64,000 bases of DNA from Octopus vulgaris. Lineage: Eukaryota. Positions 13,101 through 26,830 of the stretch are shown here, piece by piece (positions within the stretch are counted from its first letter, which is position 1; each line of letters starts with the position of its first letter). The stretch lies in assembly GCA_951406725.2 (NCBI GenBank), contig OX597816.1:152520001-152584000 (forward strand). Reading direction: 5' to 3'. The notes under the pieces are model-generated. The model had not been told where the DNA came from and searched no databases. It saw only the letters and a program-made list of their open reading frames with translations. The translations under genes were made by a program, and so were the position numbers.

Positions 13101-13362
13101 ACTCTTACTCTTTACTCTTTTACTTGTTTCAGTCATTTGACTGCGGCCATGCTGGAGCACCGCCTTTAGTCGAGCAAATCGACCCCGGGACTTATTCTTT
13201 GTAAGCCCAGTACTTATTCTATCGGTCTCTCTTACCGAACCGCTAAGTGACGGGGACGTAAACACACCAGCATCGGTTGTCAAGCAATGCTAGGGGGACA
13301 AACACAGACACACAAACACACACACATATATATATATACATGACAGGCTTCTTTCCGTTTCC
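13101..13362 (-). mobile_element. SINE family 1, 5'-truncated
   Basis: Tail and body match the other copies. Confidence 0.88.
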
Positions 13363-13886
13363 GTTGAATATTGCTTTAAATGCCACACTGACATCACCAA
13401 TTATGAAAGGATATGCAAATACCAATGATCAGAAAGGATGAAAAAAATCTTGGCACCTTCATCCACATCGAAAAACTTTAACAAACAAAGCATGTGATTA
13501 CCAAATGAACTTTGAATACAAAACATCAATTTCTACGGACCCCACAAAACCTACAGATACAAAACAATATACGATGCATGTAAAGAATCAACTTCGACTT
13601 ATATAAAGATATCACTTTGAGTATGACAACCGTTTTGCTCTCCTTTTTGGCTCTTTTATCTCTTAAGATGTAATATCTCCCAGTAACGGGTCTCCACCAA
13701 GGCAGAAGCATACAACAGAATGACAAGACCAAGGCTTCGCCTCTCAGACAACGACGACGCTTCCATGGGAGACACAGCCAAATTGTTTCCGGCAATGAAA
13801 TATTGCCATGGAATTGATATTAGTTCACTGGTGGGGAAAATATTCTTGTGCTAAGTAGAGACATATCTTTAATAATATGTTGCAAA

Positions 13887-13938
<52 letters not shown>

Positions 13939-14362
13939 AGAGAGAGAGATATTAATAATTGATATGGTCATTTGTGTAGTTCCTTGCATAAGGCGGTTTC
14001 CTCCGTCGGCGCTGAAAGAAAGAAAGAAGAACCGAATTTGTTTACTGTATTTATATATGTTGGAAAGCTGGATATAGGTCAGAGAACGATGGAAATTAAT
14101 GGGTTTATCTCTTTCAAACTGTTTATAACCCAAGAATGTTAGTTTAAACAATAGAACTTAGTTAAATTCTAAGTGTGACTGGTAATTCTTATAAATATCT
14201 AGGTGCAAAAGCCAAGTGCAATAGGAAGTGAACTTGAAAAATGTATATTCGGTTTCGAATCTTAGTATAGAATCTAGGAAGCTATTCGTGACATATCTAT
14301 CTCCACATCATATCTGTTCCTATAAATGTTTATTGTGTAGGAAAATATGTAATATTGGTTTA

Positions 14363-14930
14363 AAATTTTGACGCAAGACCAGCAGTTTCGGAGGAGGGGG
14401 TTAAGTCGATTACATCAACCCCAGTGTTCAACTGCGACTTATTTTATCGAGTACCCGAAAGGATGAAAGGTAAAAATCGACCTCGGCAGAATTGAACTCA
14501 GAATATAAAGACGGACGGAATACCTATTTCTTTACTACCCACAAGGGGCTAAACATGGAGAGGACAAACAAGGACAGACAAACGGATTAAGTTGATTATA
14601 TCGACCTCAGTGTGTAACTGGTACTTAATTTATCGACCCCGAAAGGATGAAAGGCAAAGTCGACCTCGGTGGAATTTGAACTCAGAACATAAAGACGGAC
14701 GGAATATCGCTAAGCATTTTCCTGGCGTGATAACGGTTCTGCCAGCTCACCGTCCGAGGAAAATATGTAATATTCTTTTCTACTCTAGTCACAAGGCCTG
14801 ACATTTTGGAGGAGGGCGCCAGTCGATTAGATCGACCCCAGTATGCAACTGGTACCTCAAAGGGATGATAGCCAAAATCGATCTCGGCGGAATTTGAACT
14901 CAGTACGTAAAGACAGACGAAATACCGAAA
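14363..14930 (-). mobile_element. SINE family 2, three nested or tandem partial copies
   Basis: Repeated agtcgatta.atcgaccccagt...ggtactta.tttatcgaccccgaaaggatgaaaggcaaagtcgacctcggcggaatttgaactcag. GAGTTCAAATTC on the minus strand is B-box-like. Confidence 0.8.
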
Positions 14931-15464
14931 AATATGTAATATTAAGGAGGACGTGGTACAGAGAACAAGGTGTTGGACTAAGGTGTTTCACGTATCTACT
15001 TTATGGAATCCTTTACACTGGGAGTTGGTTTTAACGCGAGTTTTCTATAATGATAACGACACCCAGGTAAGAAAAAAAACCGGTAAAAATAACAGAGACA
15101 AAAAGTACTATCAGCAATAAAATGTTTGTCGTTGATTGACTTGTATACGTTTTAACCAAGACAACGCATGTGTGTGAACAGAATGTCGCTGTCTTCTGAA
15201 AGATAAACACTACACGTGTTTATGTTTCGGCTATCGTTGTTGTAATACAGTGACTTGAGTGAAAAGCACCCCTACTTTTTTTTTCGATTTCCACCTCTCG
15301 TCCTAAATACCTCCCACTCCAAACCGACTCCCCAACCGTCTTATTCATTAACGTTCACCTTTCACCATTCAGATATCTTTACACTCTCTCTCTAGTTCAA
15401 AGTCGGAAGTAAGGGGCAGGTGTGACACCGGTTGATTTCGTTGTGAAAAAGAGAGGGTAAACAA

Positions 15465-15535
<71 letters not shown>

Positions 15536-15582
15536 TGATAATGATGATGATGATAACGATGATGATAATAATAATAATAATG

Positions 15583-15656
<74 letters not shown>

Positions 15657-15690
15657 AATAATGATGATGATGGTGATGATGATAATGATG

Positions 15691-15740
<50 letters not shown>
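15465..15740. repeat. (TAA)n/(TGA)n microsatellite
   Basis: Directly visible. Confidence 0.98.
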
Positions 15741-15741
<1 letters not shown>

Positions 15742-16491
15742 TAAAACAGCGACGACGATGACAACGACAACAACAATAATATTAATAATAAATCAAAAAC
15801 TACACCCGAGACCACCACAACTCAGCTCATAACAACAACGAAGAAGAAAAACATGAAGAAAACATGGAGAGAACATTAAACGATAAAAAAAATAAGTGAC
15901 AGGAAATAGCTCTGCTCCCCTTCCTCCATTCACATCACCAATCACCTTACAAGATCATTAGGGTGAACAAGGCAGGTAAAAGATTAAAGGAAATTGTGTA
16001 GTTTTCTTTATTAGTTTACCGCCAATCCATGTAACTGTGTCCTGTAACCCTTCTACCTTGTCTGCTGGATTACCTGACTATTCTGATTCCACTGTTACCT
16101 TTGAAAGTACATTGAAAGTTGTTGATGTAATAGTGCTACAATGGTTGTATGATACACACTAATGTATACCTGTGTCAAAGCATTGGTGTATATTTTGGTA
16201 GTGTATAAGAATTTCGTGGAGATGGTCATGTCGGTGGTGATGTTGTAGTTTCGTTTGCTTTCTAGAGCTGTACACGACACGACACTTCGCCGCCGGCACT
16301 CTCACCGAGTTGCTCTTTAGATTTTGCAACAGAACATATGATCACACACACTCACACACACACACACGCATACATACATACATACATACATACATACATA
16401 CATACATACATACATACATACATACATACATACATACATAAACCCTTTTCCCCTCACTTTCCCTCAGTCGCTCGTGCGCGCGCATTCACGA

Positions 16492-16570
<79 letters not shown>

Positions 16571-16700
16571 TATATAAATATATATAAGTTGTATGGGTAG
16601 TACAAAAGTACAAAGAGAGAGGGGAGAGAGAAAGGGAGAGAATGCATTCTAAAGTATTGGAGTGTATGCATACATACGTACGTACGGACATGCATACATT

Positions 16701-16742
<42 letters not shown>

Positions 16743-16862
16743 CGTACATACATATACATATATACATACATATGCAACTGTTAAGGACTTCAATTTCCTG
16801 TACTTCGTAACCCGAAGACCGCGCCTACCAGAATGCTCAAAAAAATTGTACATTTCAGTTAA

Positions 16863-16940
<78 letters not shown>

Positions 16941-17499
16941 ACACATGCACACTCACACACATTTAATTTTATTTATTGTAAGTATACCATTTTTATCTCA
17001 GCTATGATATTGAGAACTCTCAAAAAAAAAAAAACATGCTCTTTAAAACAGCCTGCAAAAATTCTATCATGTAATACGCGGTTGATAAGATATCCCCTAA
17101 AAAAACATATAAAGCATCTGAAATCCACTTAAAAATCCATTTCTGAAAATATCAAAAATAAACGAAGCTATAACAGTGCGCAGCAGGCATTGAAAAACGA
17201 TCTTCCCAAAACACTACATTTTCTGATTCAATGTTTACTACAAGCAATTTTGGGAGTTAACGAGTCCGGGTATTGATACGAAAACTGGCAGGGTAGTATG
17301 TTTCGACATACTACCCTGCCAGATAACGCTATCTTTTAAATTATATCCAAACCCAAATTCGTCGATAGCCCCTTACCGATAGGACAACAGATTATTTATC
17401 ACCTCATTATTTGTCTTCTCGTAATCTATAAAATACTCTCCATACTTATATCCTGCAGGATTGGTGAACATCTATATAAAACAATGAAAATTCTCTAGA

Positions 17500-17880
17500 G
17501 CGTGTGCCCAGTTACTACGAGACAATTGACCAGGTCTTTATTAACAAGATGGTATTGGATTGGGTGATGCTAAGGTATGAAACAAGAAGCCGTCATATGC
17601 CTGGATCAACTATAAGAAAGCTTTTGCTTAGATCCTGCATGATTGGTTTCTCAAGCTACTGGAAATATACAAATTTGATGACACCATGGTGAATTTTATT
17701 AAAATAACAGCGAAAAAATGGCAGATCGTACGGTAGTCAACACGGTGATTGTAAGCTCCACACCACACTGCAATATCTCAGTAGATGGAATATTGCAAGA
17801 AAAAAGTATTTCTGGTCCTCACTTCACCCTACGTTTGTCACCATGAAGTTGGTTAAAAAAACACACAACAATAACAGCAA
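17500..17880 (+). mobile_element. Decayed RT fragment of an RLE-type LINE
   Basis: gcctggatcaactataagaaagcttttg (AWINYKKAF), catgattgg, ctactggaaatatacaaa resemble the RT segment of the LINEs at 34-42 kb. Confidence 0.55.
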
Positions 17881-18063
17881 ATTGGTATACTGTATAGAGT
17901 AGTGGTTCTTAACCATGTTTTACCTATGGACCCCTTTGATTCCTGTTTTACTCTACTAGAACCCCCATAGTCATTCAATGTTTAAAAAATACTATTATAT
18001 TTTTACAGAGATGAACTTGAATAGCAAGTGACCTGATCTGAGATCGTGTGCTGAAGCAAAAAC

Positions 18064-18335
18064 AATTGCTACGTGAAAGGTATTTATAAGCCATCTAAAA
18101 CACACACAAAAACCATTAGATTCACTTCAACATTTAAATTTAATTTGTCAAAATATTTTCGTCGCTTTGAGGCCGTGACCCGTTCACTGACAAAATTCTG
18201 TGCTGCTTGTCAGTGAACAGGTCGCGGTCTCAAAGCGACGAAAATATTTTGACAAATTAAATTTAAATGTTGAAGTGAATCTAACGGGTTTTGTGTGTTT
18301 TTAAATGGCTTATAAACATCTTCCACACTGTAATT
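18064..18335. repeat. Hairpin with ~130-bp arms (18064-18193 / 18207-18335) and 13-nt loop
   Basis: Arms are reverse complements with scattered mismatches. The insertion (~18006-18335) is flanked by a duplicated tattatatttt. Confidence 0.93.
18207..18255 (+). ncRNA. Hammerhead-like motif with G3-C8 variant core (inverted twin at 18145-18193)
   Basis: ttgtca-GTGAACA(18213-18219)-g-gtcgc-ggtctcaaa-gcgac-GAAAATATTT-tgacaa. 6-bp stem I, 5-bp stem II, palindromic stem III AAATATTT, predicted UUU triplet. Confidence 0.6.
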
Positions 18336-19027
18336 ATTATATTTTCGTAATTAAATATTATTAGGAATTAAATATTCCTAATAATATTATTAGGAATTAA
18401 GTATTTTATGCATTGTAGAACCAATTTATTGCACATAAATTTTAACAATAAAATCTTAAATGGACACCCAAGGGTCATATGGACCCCGGTTGAGAACCAC
18501 TGATATAGAGAGAGGGTGAATAACGTTCATAGATAGACCAAGGCTAATAACCCTATATAAAAACACAGTCTGCAAGCAAGCTACATTCTATCACAACAAC
18601 CAACAACCACAACGCTAAGAAGAACAAAAGCAACTAAACCTTCCACCAAACAGCAACGAAAACGCTAAACTGAACATAAAAGCGAAAGACGAATGAAAAA
18701 TGAAAACACAGCCACAATAATTATAGTAATAACATGAATAAATAAAACAGCAAGAACAAGAGCAACAGTAACACTTCCGCAATAATTTATGATCTGCATG
18801 GCCAAGAAAGATATTGGAACTGTTTGGTGTCGCAAACGGTCTGCCATAGGTGTCTTTTCTCATTTCTTCTGTCCGTCTTAGGCTCTCAAGCTTTTTGTTG
18901 TGGAAATTTGAGTTATACACACACACACATACCGTACGCACAGATACACATGCACACATACACACAGACTCTCACATGCACACATAGACATATACATACA
19001 GACATAGGCAAAATACAAATATACTTC

Positions 19028-19081
<54 letters not shown>

Positions 19082-19332
19082 GAGAGATAAAACGAAAGTT
19101 AGAAAGAAAGAAGGTAAGAGGAAAAGAATTGAGTAGAAAATTTAAAAAATGATGGAATACAAAAATAAACGTTTGATATATTGCCGCCATTTTAGTTACT
19201 TTGAGGCCGTCAGCTGCCAATGGACGTGTCTTGCTACATATTTTACACTTGTAGGCAAACAATATGTGCATGTTCACCGTATTGAAGTATATTGTAGACA
19301 CTGCTACCATCACCACTGCGATAATTATCATC

Positions 19333-19377
19333 TCCATCACCACCACCACCACCACCACCACCACCACCACCACCACC

Positions 19378-19430
<53 letters not shown>

Positions 19431-19670
19431 CCATCACTACTATCACCACCATCACCATTTCCCTATCACCACTACCAATTCCATCACCGTTCGACCACTC
19501 ACACAATCATACCACCACTACCAGCACCTTCACCATCACCTCCTACAACACGTTTACCATCGCCATTACCATCATCCCCACCACCATCACCACCACCATC
19601 ATCAGTAGCATCATCATCACCACCATTATCACCATCATCGCTACTTCAACACCACCATTACCACCACCAC
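19333..19670. repeat. (CAC)n/(CAA)n/(CAT)n low-complexity tract
   Basis: Directly visible. Source of the His/Gln/Pro-rich spurious ORFs. Confidence 0.95.
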
Positions 19671-20273
19671 TTCAGGATTTTAAGAGTCTCATAACAAAGA
19701 CTCACAAGACGTGCTCTTCTCCTCCACCTTTACTACAACAACACCAAAGGAAGACTGAATCATACAGACAACGACTTAGGATCGAGCTGAGTACAACCCA
19801 TTTCAATATCCAGTTTCAGGGGTAAATTCCTTTCCCTGGGTAAATCGTTAAAAATAAATCTATCTACCTCCAACACTGTATTAAAATTCTTCAATTGCAT
19901 CAAGCCATTTGTCCTATTAAAATTCATATTACCTTTATCTCCAGTAGGCCGTGTTGTTAAGTGCTTAATGTTTATTTTATACATACTAAATGTTTAATAA
20001 AATCTGTTAAGAGAGTGATTAAAATAGACAAGTGTTAGGATTGGTCACACATAGGGGTGCTCTTCAGTAAGACATTCAGTTAATGCAATATTATGCCTTT
20101 CCATTAATTCTCACTTCTGTAAATTGCTACCAACATATAAACATCCAGCTTTCAATTTGTTCTGCAGTCCACTGTTCAACTGGTGTCAGTCAATTATTTT
20201 GAGGATTTCGTTGTATTGCATAACGCGCTGGATTACACTACAATTAGCCCTATCACCACATTTCTACAGAGAT

Positions 20274-20672
20274 ACTCTTTTACTCTTTACTCTTTTACTT
20301 GTTTCAGTCATTTGACTGCGGCCATGCTGCAGCACCGCCCTTAATCGGGACTTATTCTTTGTAAGCCCAGTACTTATTCTATCGGTCTCTTTTTTGCCGA
20401 ACCGCTAAGTGACGGGGACGTAAACACACCAGCATCGGTTGTCAAGCAATGCTAGGGGGACAAACACAGACACACAAGCACACACATACATATATATACA
20501 TATACATATATACGACATGCTTCTTTCAGTTTCCGTCTACCAAATCCACTCACAAGGCATTGGTGGGCCCGGGGCTATAGCAGAAGACACTTGCCCAAGA
20601 TGCCACGCAGTGGGACTGAACCCGGAACCATGTGGTTGGTTAGCAAGCTACTTACCACACAGCCACTCCTGT
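20274..20672 (-). mobile_element. SINE family 1, near full length
   Basis: Matches 6049-6467. Confidence 0.9.
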
Positions 20673-21536
20673 ATATATCTATTCATTTATAAACTTACCA
20701 TATTTCATTCTCAATTTAAATGGGTGAACCGATTCACCATGGCTGTTTTGCTTTAGGGGCTTTTGGTGTTGTAATTTCTGTATATTTTTAATTTTAATAG
20801 CTTAGGTAAAGGCAAGTTCGACTGGTGGGGGAACGCATACAACAAAGTGGGCTCCGCACCCAAAGGTCATATAGTGCTATTAAAATTTGGGTGACGGATT
20901 AACCAACCGTCCACTCAATCACTTTCTTTATACCAGAACTGATCATCAGATATTTTCTCTGATGTAAGTGGAATTATGAAAACTGTGCTAGAAGCAAGTT
21001 TACTTTTATATGAATCCAAAGAAATGTAAAACTTTTACTGAGTCAAGTTTATGATCGGATCATAATGCCATTTCAAGTTACTTCACTCCATTTTAGATGT
21101 TCTTGGTACTGGGGAAAGTATGGATGTCTAAACTATTCAGATTCTCTCTTCTAAAATTCCACTCGTCATGCTTACTTCAGAAACTATAACTTAGGAGTTA
21201 AAATGTTGGATCTCACTGCTATAAAGCAAAAGTTTTAAACACAATTTTCATGTTACCAAAGCGTTTGTTTGTCTCTCTGTCTGTCTGTCTCTGTTTCTCC
21301 CCCCCCCTTGTAGTTTTACTTACTTTGTTGCTCAACAAGTGGGAAGAAATAGTCAAGATGTAATTCTTTGTTTTGGGATCATCACTGTGCATGCAGAAGG
21401 ATACAAAAGGTAGAACTTGAGTGAATGCAAAGCTATTAGCCCCGATATTAAAATTTTGGCCTTTAGAATTTTGCTGCCAATCTACATGCCCACCGCCGAT
21501 GAATCACCTGGGTTATAAATATTTTGTTAGGTTGCC

Positions 21537-21792
21537 CAATGGTTCTCAACCGGGGTCCTTCTGGCCTTTGAGGGGTCCATACAAGATTTTGTTGTTAAAA
21601 ATTTATGTGCAATAAACTGGTTATATTCCAACAATGCACAAAATAGTTTAACTATTTTATACAATTCCTAATACTTTAATTATAAAAATATAATAGGATT
21701 TCTGAAAAATCGAATGGCTATGAGGATCCACTTGAGAAAAATAGAAATCAAAGGGGTTCTTAGGTAAAAAAAAAAATCGTTGGGAACTACTG
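21537..21792. mobile_element. hAT-type MITE (same family as 17900-18502, opposite orientation)
   Basis: caatggttctcaaccggggtcc ... gttgggaactactg. The interior is the reverse complement of the 17900 copy minus its insertion. Confidence 0.75.
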
Positions 21793-24700
21793 CTGTAGGC
21801 GAACCATTGACGTAGGAACACCTTACTGTCTCTTTACACTCTGCCAGTCTGTATATTAGCGACTAATTCAACTCCTACGCTTATGACTCTGCTTACATTC
21901 CTGCTTCACTATCTGCACAGTAACATCGATCATCTAAGTGCACTCTAGGCTCGCCCTCAATATCATCATATCATTACTCATAAATATTACACACCGAAAA
22001 ACTATTTCATTCTCTATAAATGCTGGGCGTTACAGTCTGTGATTACTATTCATGTCGTTTAAAGAGACAGAGGAGAGACACATGTGAAAGGTGGATCAGC
22101 ATTTTTGATTGACGAGTGACGAGCTGCATATGTGCTGACTGATTTAACTGGCCTAGTCTGTTTGATGAGGCAATATTTTCGAGCATTCTTGGAGAACAAT
22201 ACTGATATGCAAGGCAGATAGATAATTGACACAACAAACTCCATCATAAGCAACTTCGGAAGAACCGCTCCTGTATAGCAATCTCTTAGACCTCATCCAT
22301 CAGGATATAAGATTCTATATGTTACTTCAATCAGTCAGGTAAACGTGACCTATGCCAATTCTACGAATGGGTGTTGTTACTATTGCTGTTGTTTAACCCC
22401 AGGCCGGCTCTGATTGAGCAGACCAACGGTCAAACTATTCTGGTAATGATCATCTTGTCCTTCTTTTCCAAAAACAATGTATCCAATACTTGATTATACA
22501 ATGTAGTAAAACTATAGGCCGTAATTTAAGGGAACTATGGCAGTCCTTTCTAGCACTTGAGTTACCCGTTTGTGTGAATTGGTGCAGTTAATATTAGTGG
22601 TTGTGGGTGCAGTGTAGCATTGAGTTAGATTTATCTACTGCCAACCGACATTATGAGGAAATGAAATACTGTTATCTCAGTGATGTCACATAAAGTTTAC
22701 CTAACTACTCCTATCCGGTGGTTGCACCCCAATCCCCTCGTTGCACCTGTCACAACTCGGGATCGCATTTTAAAATTTGATTAGCTAGATGCATTTGATT
22801 CATAGCTTTTCAACAAAACATTCCATTGCTGTATGTTAAGAACAGGCTAGTTCCTATTATCATAACGACTTAATTTTGATGTTTGCTTACAATAAAATTT
22901 TAATTCTTTTGCGAAATAAAATAATAAAATAAAAAGATACAAGCAAAACAAATTAATACAGTTAATATTAACTTTTGACAATCAAACCTTTTAAGCAACA
23001 TAACTTTATTAAAGTGGTTCCATGAGTCATTCTGCACTTTATTTTTCTGTTCAAATACACGTCAGTAAATATGCAGGCGGTGTCACGCAGTGTCTAGCGT
23101 TCTTCGTGTACATAATGATGTAGACAGGGAGTGTCGGAGTTAGTCGAATCGTTAAAATATATATTTCCTAAGATAAAATATCAACCGTTCGTTAGTGTGT
23201 CTGATATTATGAGTCAATAAAATTAAGACACGTAAGACGTATATTGGAATCGAACGTATCGACTATGTCACCTTCCTTAAGAAATATTGAAGTTGTGTCT
23301 AAGAAATCTCAGTACAAGTGTGAATCAACCATTCCAAGTAATACTATGATGAAACAAGGAAGTTTCTTAAATAGGAACATTACAATCGTTCCAAATTACC
23401 ATCTTAGATCCACTTGATGATTTGAACTCAGTATTGAAAGACACTATACTATTCGTTAGTTTATACAGCTTTATAGCTAGCATCAGTGAGCTACAGTTAT
23501 TACATTTGATGTATGAATCATTGCGTCTCTCAGTCGTGAACACTGAACAACTGTAACAGGACTCCAATTAGCAACTCTTCAATTAGCAGAACACACAACT
23601 TTCATATCTTAAATATGCGTGTTCCTGCTATTCAGCAACTAAACTACTCCCTCCAGAGTAGTCTTATAACTTCCACACAACGCACATCTCATAGGAAAAT
23701 TTTTCATCATATAGCATTGATTACCAAGAGGTGTATGTAGCTGTTCTCGTGTAAATGTATATCCACTACGTCACAAGTTGCAAATTGAAATTTCTACTTT
23801 GAGAATTATCTAACATATCTTTATTTTTGTAGTCTTTATTTCGCTGCAGATTAGCTTTGATTGAGCAGACTTATGATTAAACGTATTCCAAATCTCACCA
23901 TCATGTCTTTTTGTTTTCAGGAATAGCACATCTGGACTAATTATAGAATGTACCCTTACTTTTTTAACGACAATAAGATATAATATAAGGGACATTTCTA
24001 GCAACATGAATAAACACGTAGTGGCGTTCCTGTTTGTTGGGCAGGTATTCTAAATGACTGGATTCGTAGAATGGGAGTTAATTAGTTGATTCTTATCCAC
24101 ATAAGTATTCTATTTTATAAGCATATTGGTAGACAGAAGACAACATTTAATTCCAATACGATCTCCTTACAATTTATTTATTCTCTGATATTATACGATA
24201 AATATGACATGCCATATGTCACGACGGAGCCCCTACAAGTTTGTCAGGAGTTGAAATCCAAAGGATGAAATATATGTACTAACTTGAAATGCAACAGGTT
24301 CACTGATGCGATTACAACTAGATATATTGCTATATTGACCGATTTTCTGAACACACACACACACACACACATTTCTTGTGTATGATTTGAGAAGCTGAAT
24401 TGGTTTTTAGTCGGGAGTTTAATTGTTTGGTAATCAATTTTTCTTTTTTAGCGAGTGCACACAGTGGTGGTCAAAGAATGAGTGGGGCCGCAGTATTCAT
24501 GCTCGTTTCTTGGCTCTTTCAAAACATCGATTTCATCAGAGTGAGTGATGAGAAGAGAAAGAGAGAGAGAGTGATATATATGGTACTTTATATTTCGACC
24601 CCGAAAAAAATGAAACCCAAAGTGGAACTCAGCTTGATTTGAACTTATAGTTTAGACAGTCAGAACATATACCGTCCGTCAGCGCCTCTATTATTATTTT

Positions 24701-25934
24701 CTGTCTTGAATATTTTCTTATAGCGTCTTACAGCATTTAGATTCAAATACTTGTGGTTAATTCATATTTAAATTTTGGGCACTTTTGACTGAACAAATAA
24801 TGATAAAAGTGTTACAGACCGAGTAATTGATCTGAGGCATCAGCCGAACAATACATCCCATTTAACCCGGACTGAAGAGTGGACTTTTGCGAGTAGTACT
24901 TGGCAAGATGTGTACAAGATGCACACTTTCCAGCATAGATTGTTTGGAGTGACGGAGTATACATTTAAATTAAATGACTCACTCAATCGCCACAGTTGCA
25001 CCTACTAGGGACCTGAGAATCTGCATATTACAAAGGAGCATCATATTAATTTACTAGGGGTTACAGTATGATGCAAACCATACTGTATTGAATCAGATTA
25101 TTATTTTTTGACTCTATTGAGACTGGTCCCACTTTTTTGAATTCAGTGCGACAAACTGTCATGCTAAGCATTAAAGAGGCGCTAGTGTTGGTATATTTGT
25201 GAATAAGTCACTAACTGAAATAAGTGGATCTATTACTTAGGAAAATACTATATATTTGTTTAATGGTTGTACGAGATAAATTGTAAAAATAACTCTAACA
25301 GTTCACATACTAAGAAATAAGCATACTCAATTTCATTTTTACCAAATGATTTAGGAAAATGAATGGGTTATTTCCCTTGGTTTTTAAAAAAAAATATATT
25401 AGATATATATAAGGATCCCTTCCAGAGGTTCTATTATCTATTTTTTCAACAATCTGAGTATGCCATGGGGTTTCCAGACATGATTTCTACTCACCTGCCA
25501 AGTTTTATCAAAATCGATAAAACGATGTAGGAGGTATTAGCTAACAACTCTACGAACACATCCACAGATAGAATTTCCCACGTATGTCGTAGATATATGT
25601 ATATATCTACAATATATATCTTGGCGTTTATATGGGCTGGCCACGGCTGGAACAATTTTGATCATAGATCTACTCTATTAAATAAGGAAAATAAATTTTA
25701 TGCAATAGAAAGAAAGAATTAAATCCCTTTTATTTTATGGTGCGAATACATAATTTAAAATTAAGTTTAGCAAATGTGAGATAGGAGATATAACTGAATT
25801 TTCAGACGGTCGAACGACTAAATATCTGCACTGGTACATAACCCGAATACTATTCTCTTCCATTCAGGTATATCTGATGACTGCTAAATTATCTTTCCAC
25901 ACATGGACGGTTCTTTAACACGAAACTATTCGGT

Positions 25935-26034
25935 ATCATAAATTGGCTGTTTGAGAGAGGGGGCAAATACAGATACACTCACAGACACACACACACACAC
26001 GCACACACACGCACACACACATACACACACATGC

Positions 26035-26101
<67 letters not shown>

Positions 26102-26196
26102 CATACGACAGCTTTTCAGTTTTCGTCTCCAACAAATCCACTCAAGGCTGAATTCGGGATCATGTGATTGGGAAGCACACAGCCACACCTGCGCCT
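25935..26196 (-). mobile_element. SINE family 1, internally deleted and diverged
   Basis: cagccacacctgcgcct head and atacgacagcttttcagtt...caaatccactc body. Confidence 0.7.
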
Positions 26197-26228
26197 TATA
26201 TATATTTTAATATATACATATGTACACA

Positions 26229-26274
<46 letters not shown>

Positions 26275-26649
26275 GTTTTGTGCGTGTTCTTTTGTGTATT
26301 TTTATTATGACTGTGACTGAGTGCTTTTCTTTAGGGCATGACCAGAAAGAAACGAACCGCCTTTAGAAATTATGCATTGTAGCGTGTTTGAGAGTTTAAT
26401 TCTCTACCGAATCTTTTTGCTTAATACTTCTTGCAATATCAGGTAAATGTAGCCCAGTACAAATATGTAATCGTTCTCCCAGTTGTAACTACTGTAACTA
26501 TCGTATCACAAGAATATATTCCTATTTGCTAAGCTTATTATTATCTTGTGTACTTATGTTAAATAAGTATATATTTAAAGTTAAATAAGTAAATATTTGC
26601 ATATAGTAATAATATAAGTATATATTTTGCATATAGTAATAATATTTAT

Positions 26650-26830
26650 ACACCATCCAAAGTCAGGGCCAGGTAGCTTGGGGTTCATTGGCCCACACCT
26701 CGTCAAAAGCATGTCAAAAGAATTAAGGAACCTACACAACGAGGAATTAGATGTCATTAAAAAGGAACTAGACATTCTTCTATCCACGATACCAGACGAA
26801 CCAAGGGTCCGGCATGAGGTCCTCAGTGCC
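26650..26830 (+). mobile_element. CR1/L2-like LINE ORF2 C-terminal fragment
   Basis: SLGFIGPHL..SMSKELRNLHNEELDVIKKELDILLSTIPDEP resembles the 'L.N.LP..lr...FK..LD..L..iPD.P' end of CR1/L2-group ORF2. Confidence 0.65.

Larger units (their letters stand above)
17900..18502. mobile_element. hAT-type MITE interrupted by a fold-back insertion
   Basis: TIRs tagtggttcttaacc / ggttgagaaccactg. 8-bp TSD gtatagag / atatagag. A related uninterrupted copy is at 21537-21792. Confidence 0.8.

Noticed and set aside
12600-13800. A-rich sequence resembling a decayed Penelope ORF around the SINE at 13101
   Set aside because: Too degenerate to read diagnostic motifs.
18665-18847. 60-aa ORF with a hydrophobic stretch
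   Set aside because: Hydrophobicity follows from T-rich composition. No supporting signals.
19149-19694. 181-aa His/Gln/Pro-rich ORF
   Set aside because: Almost entirely (CAC)/(CAA)/(CAT) repeats, open in several frames.
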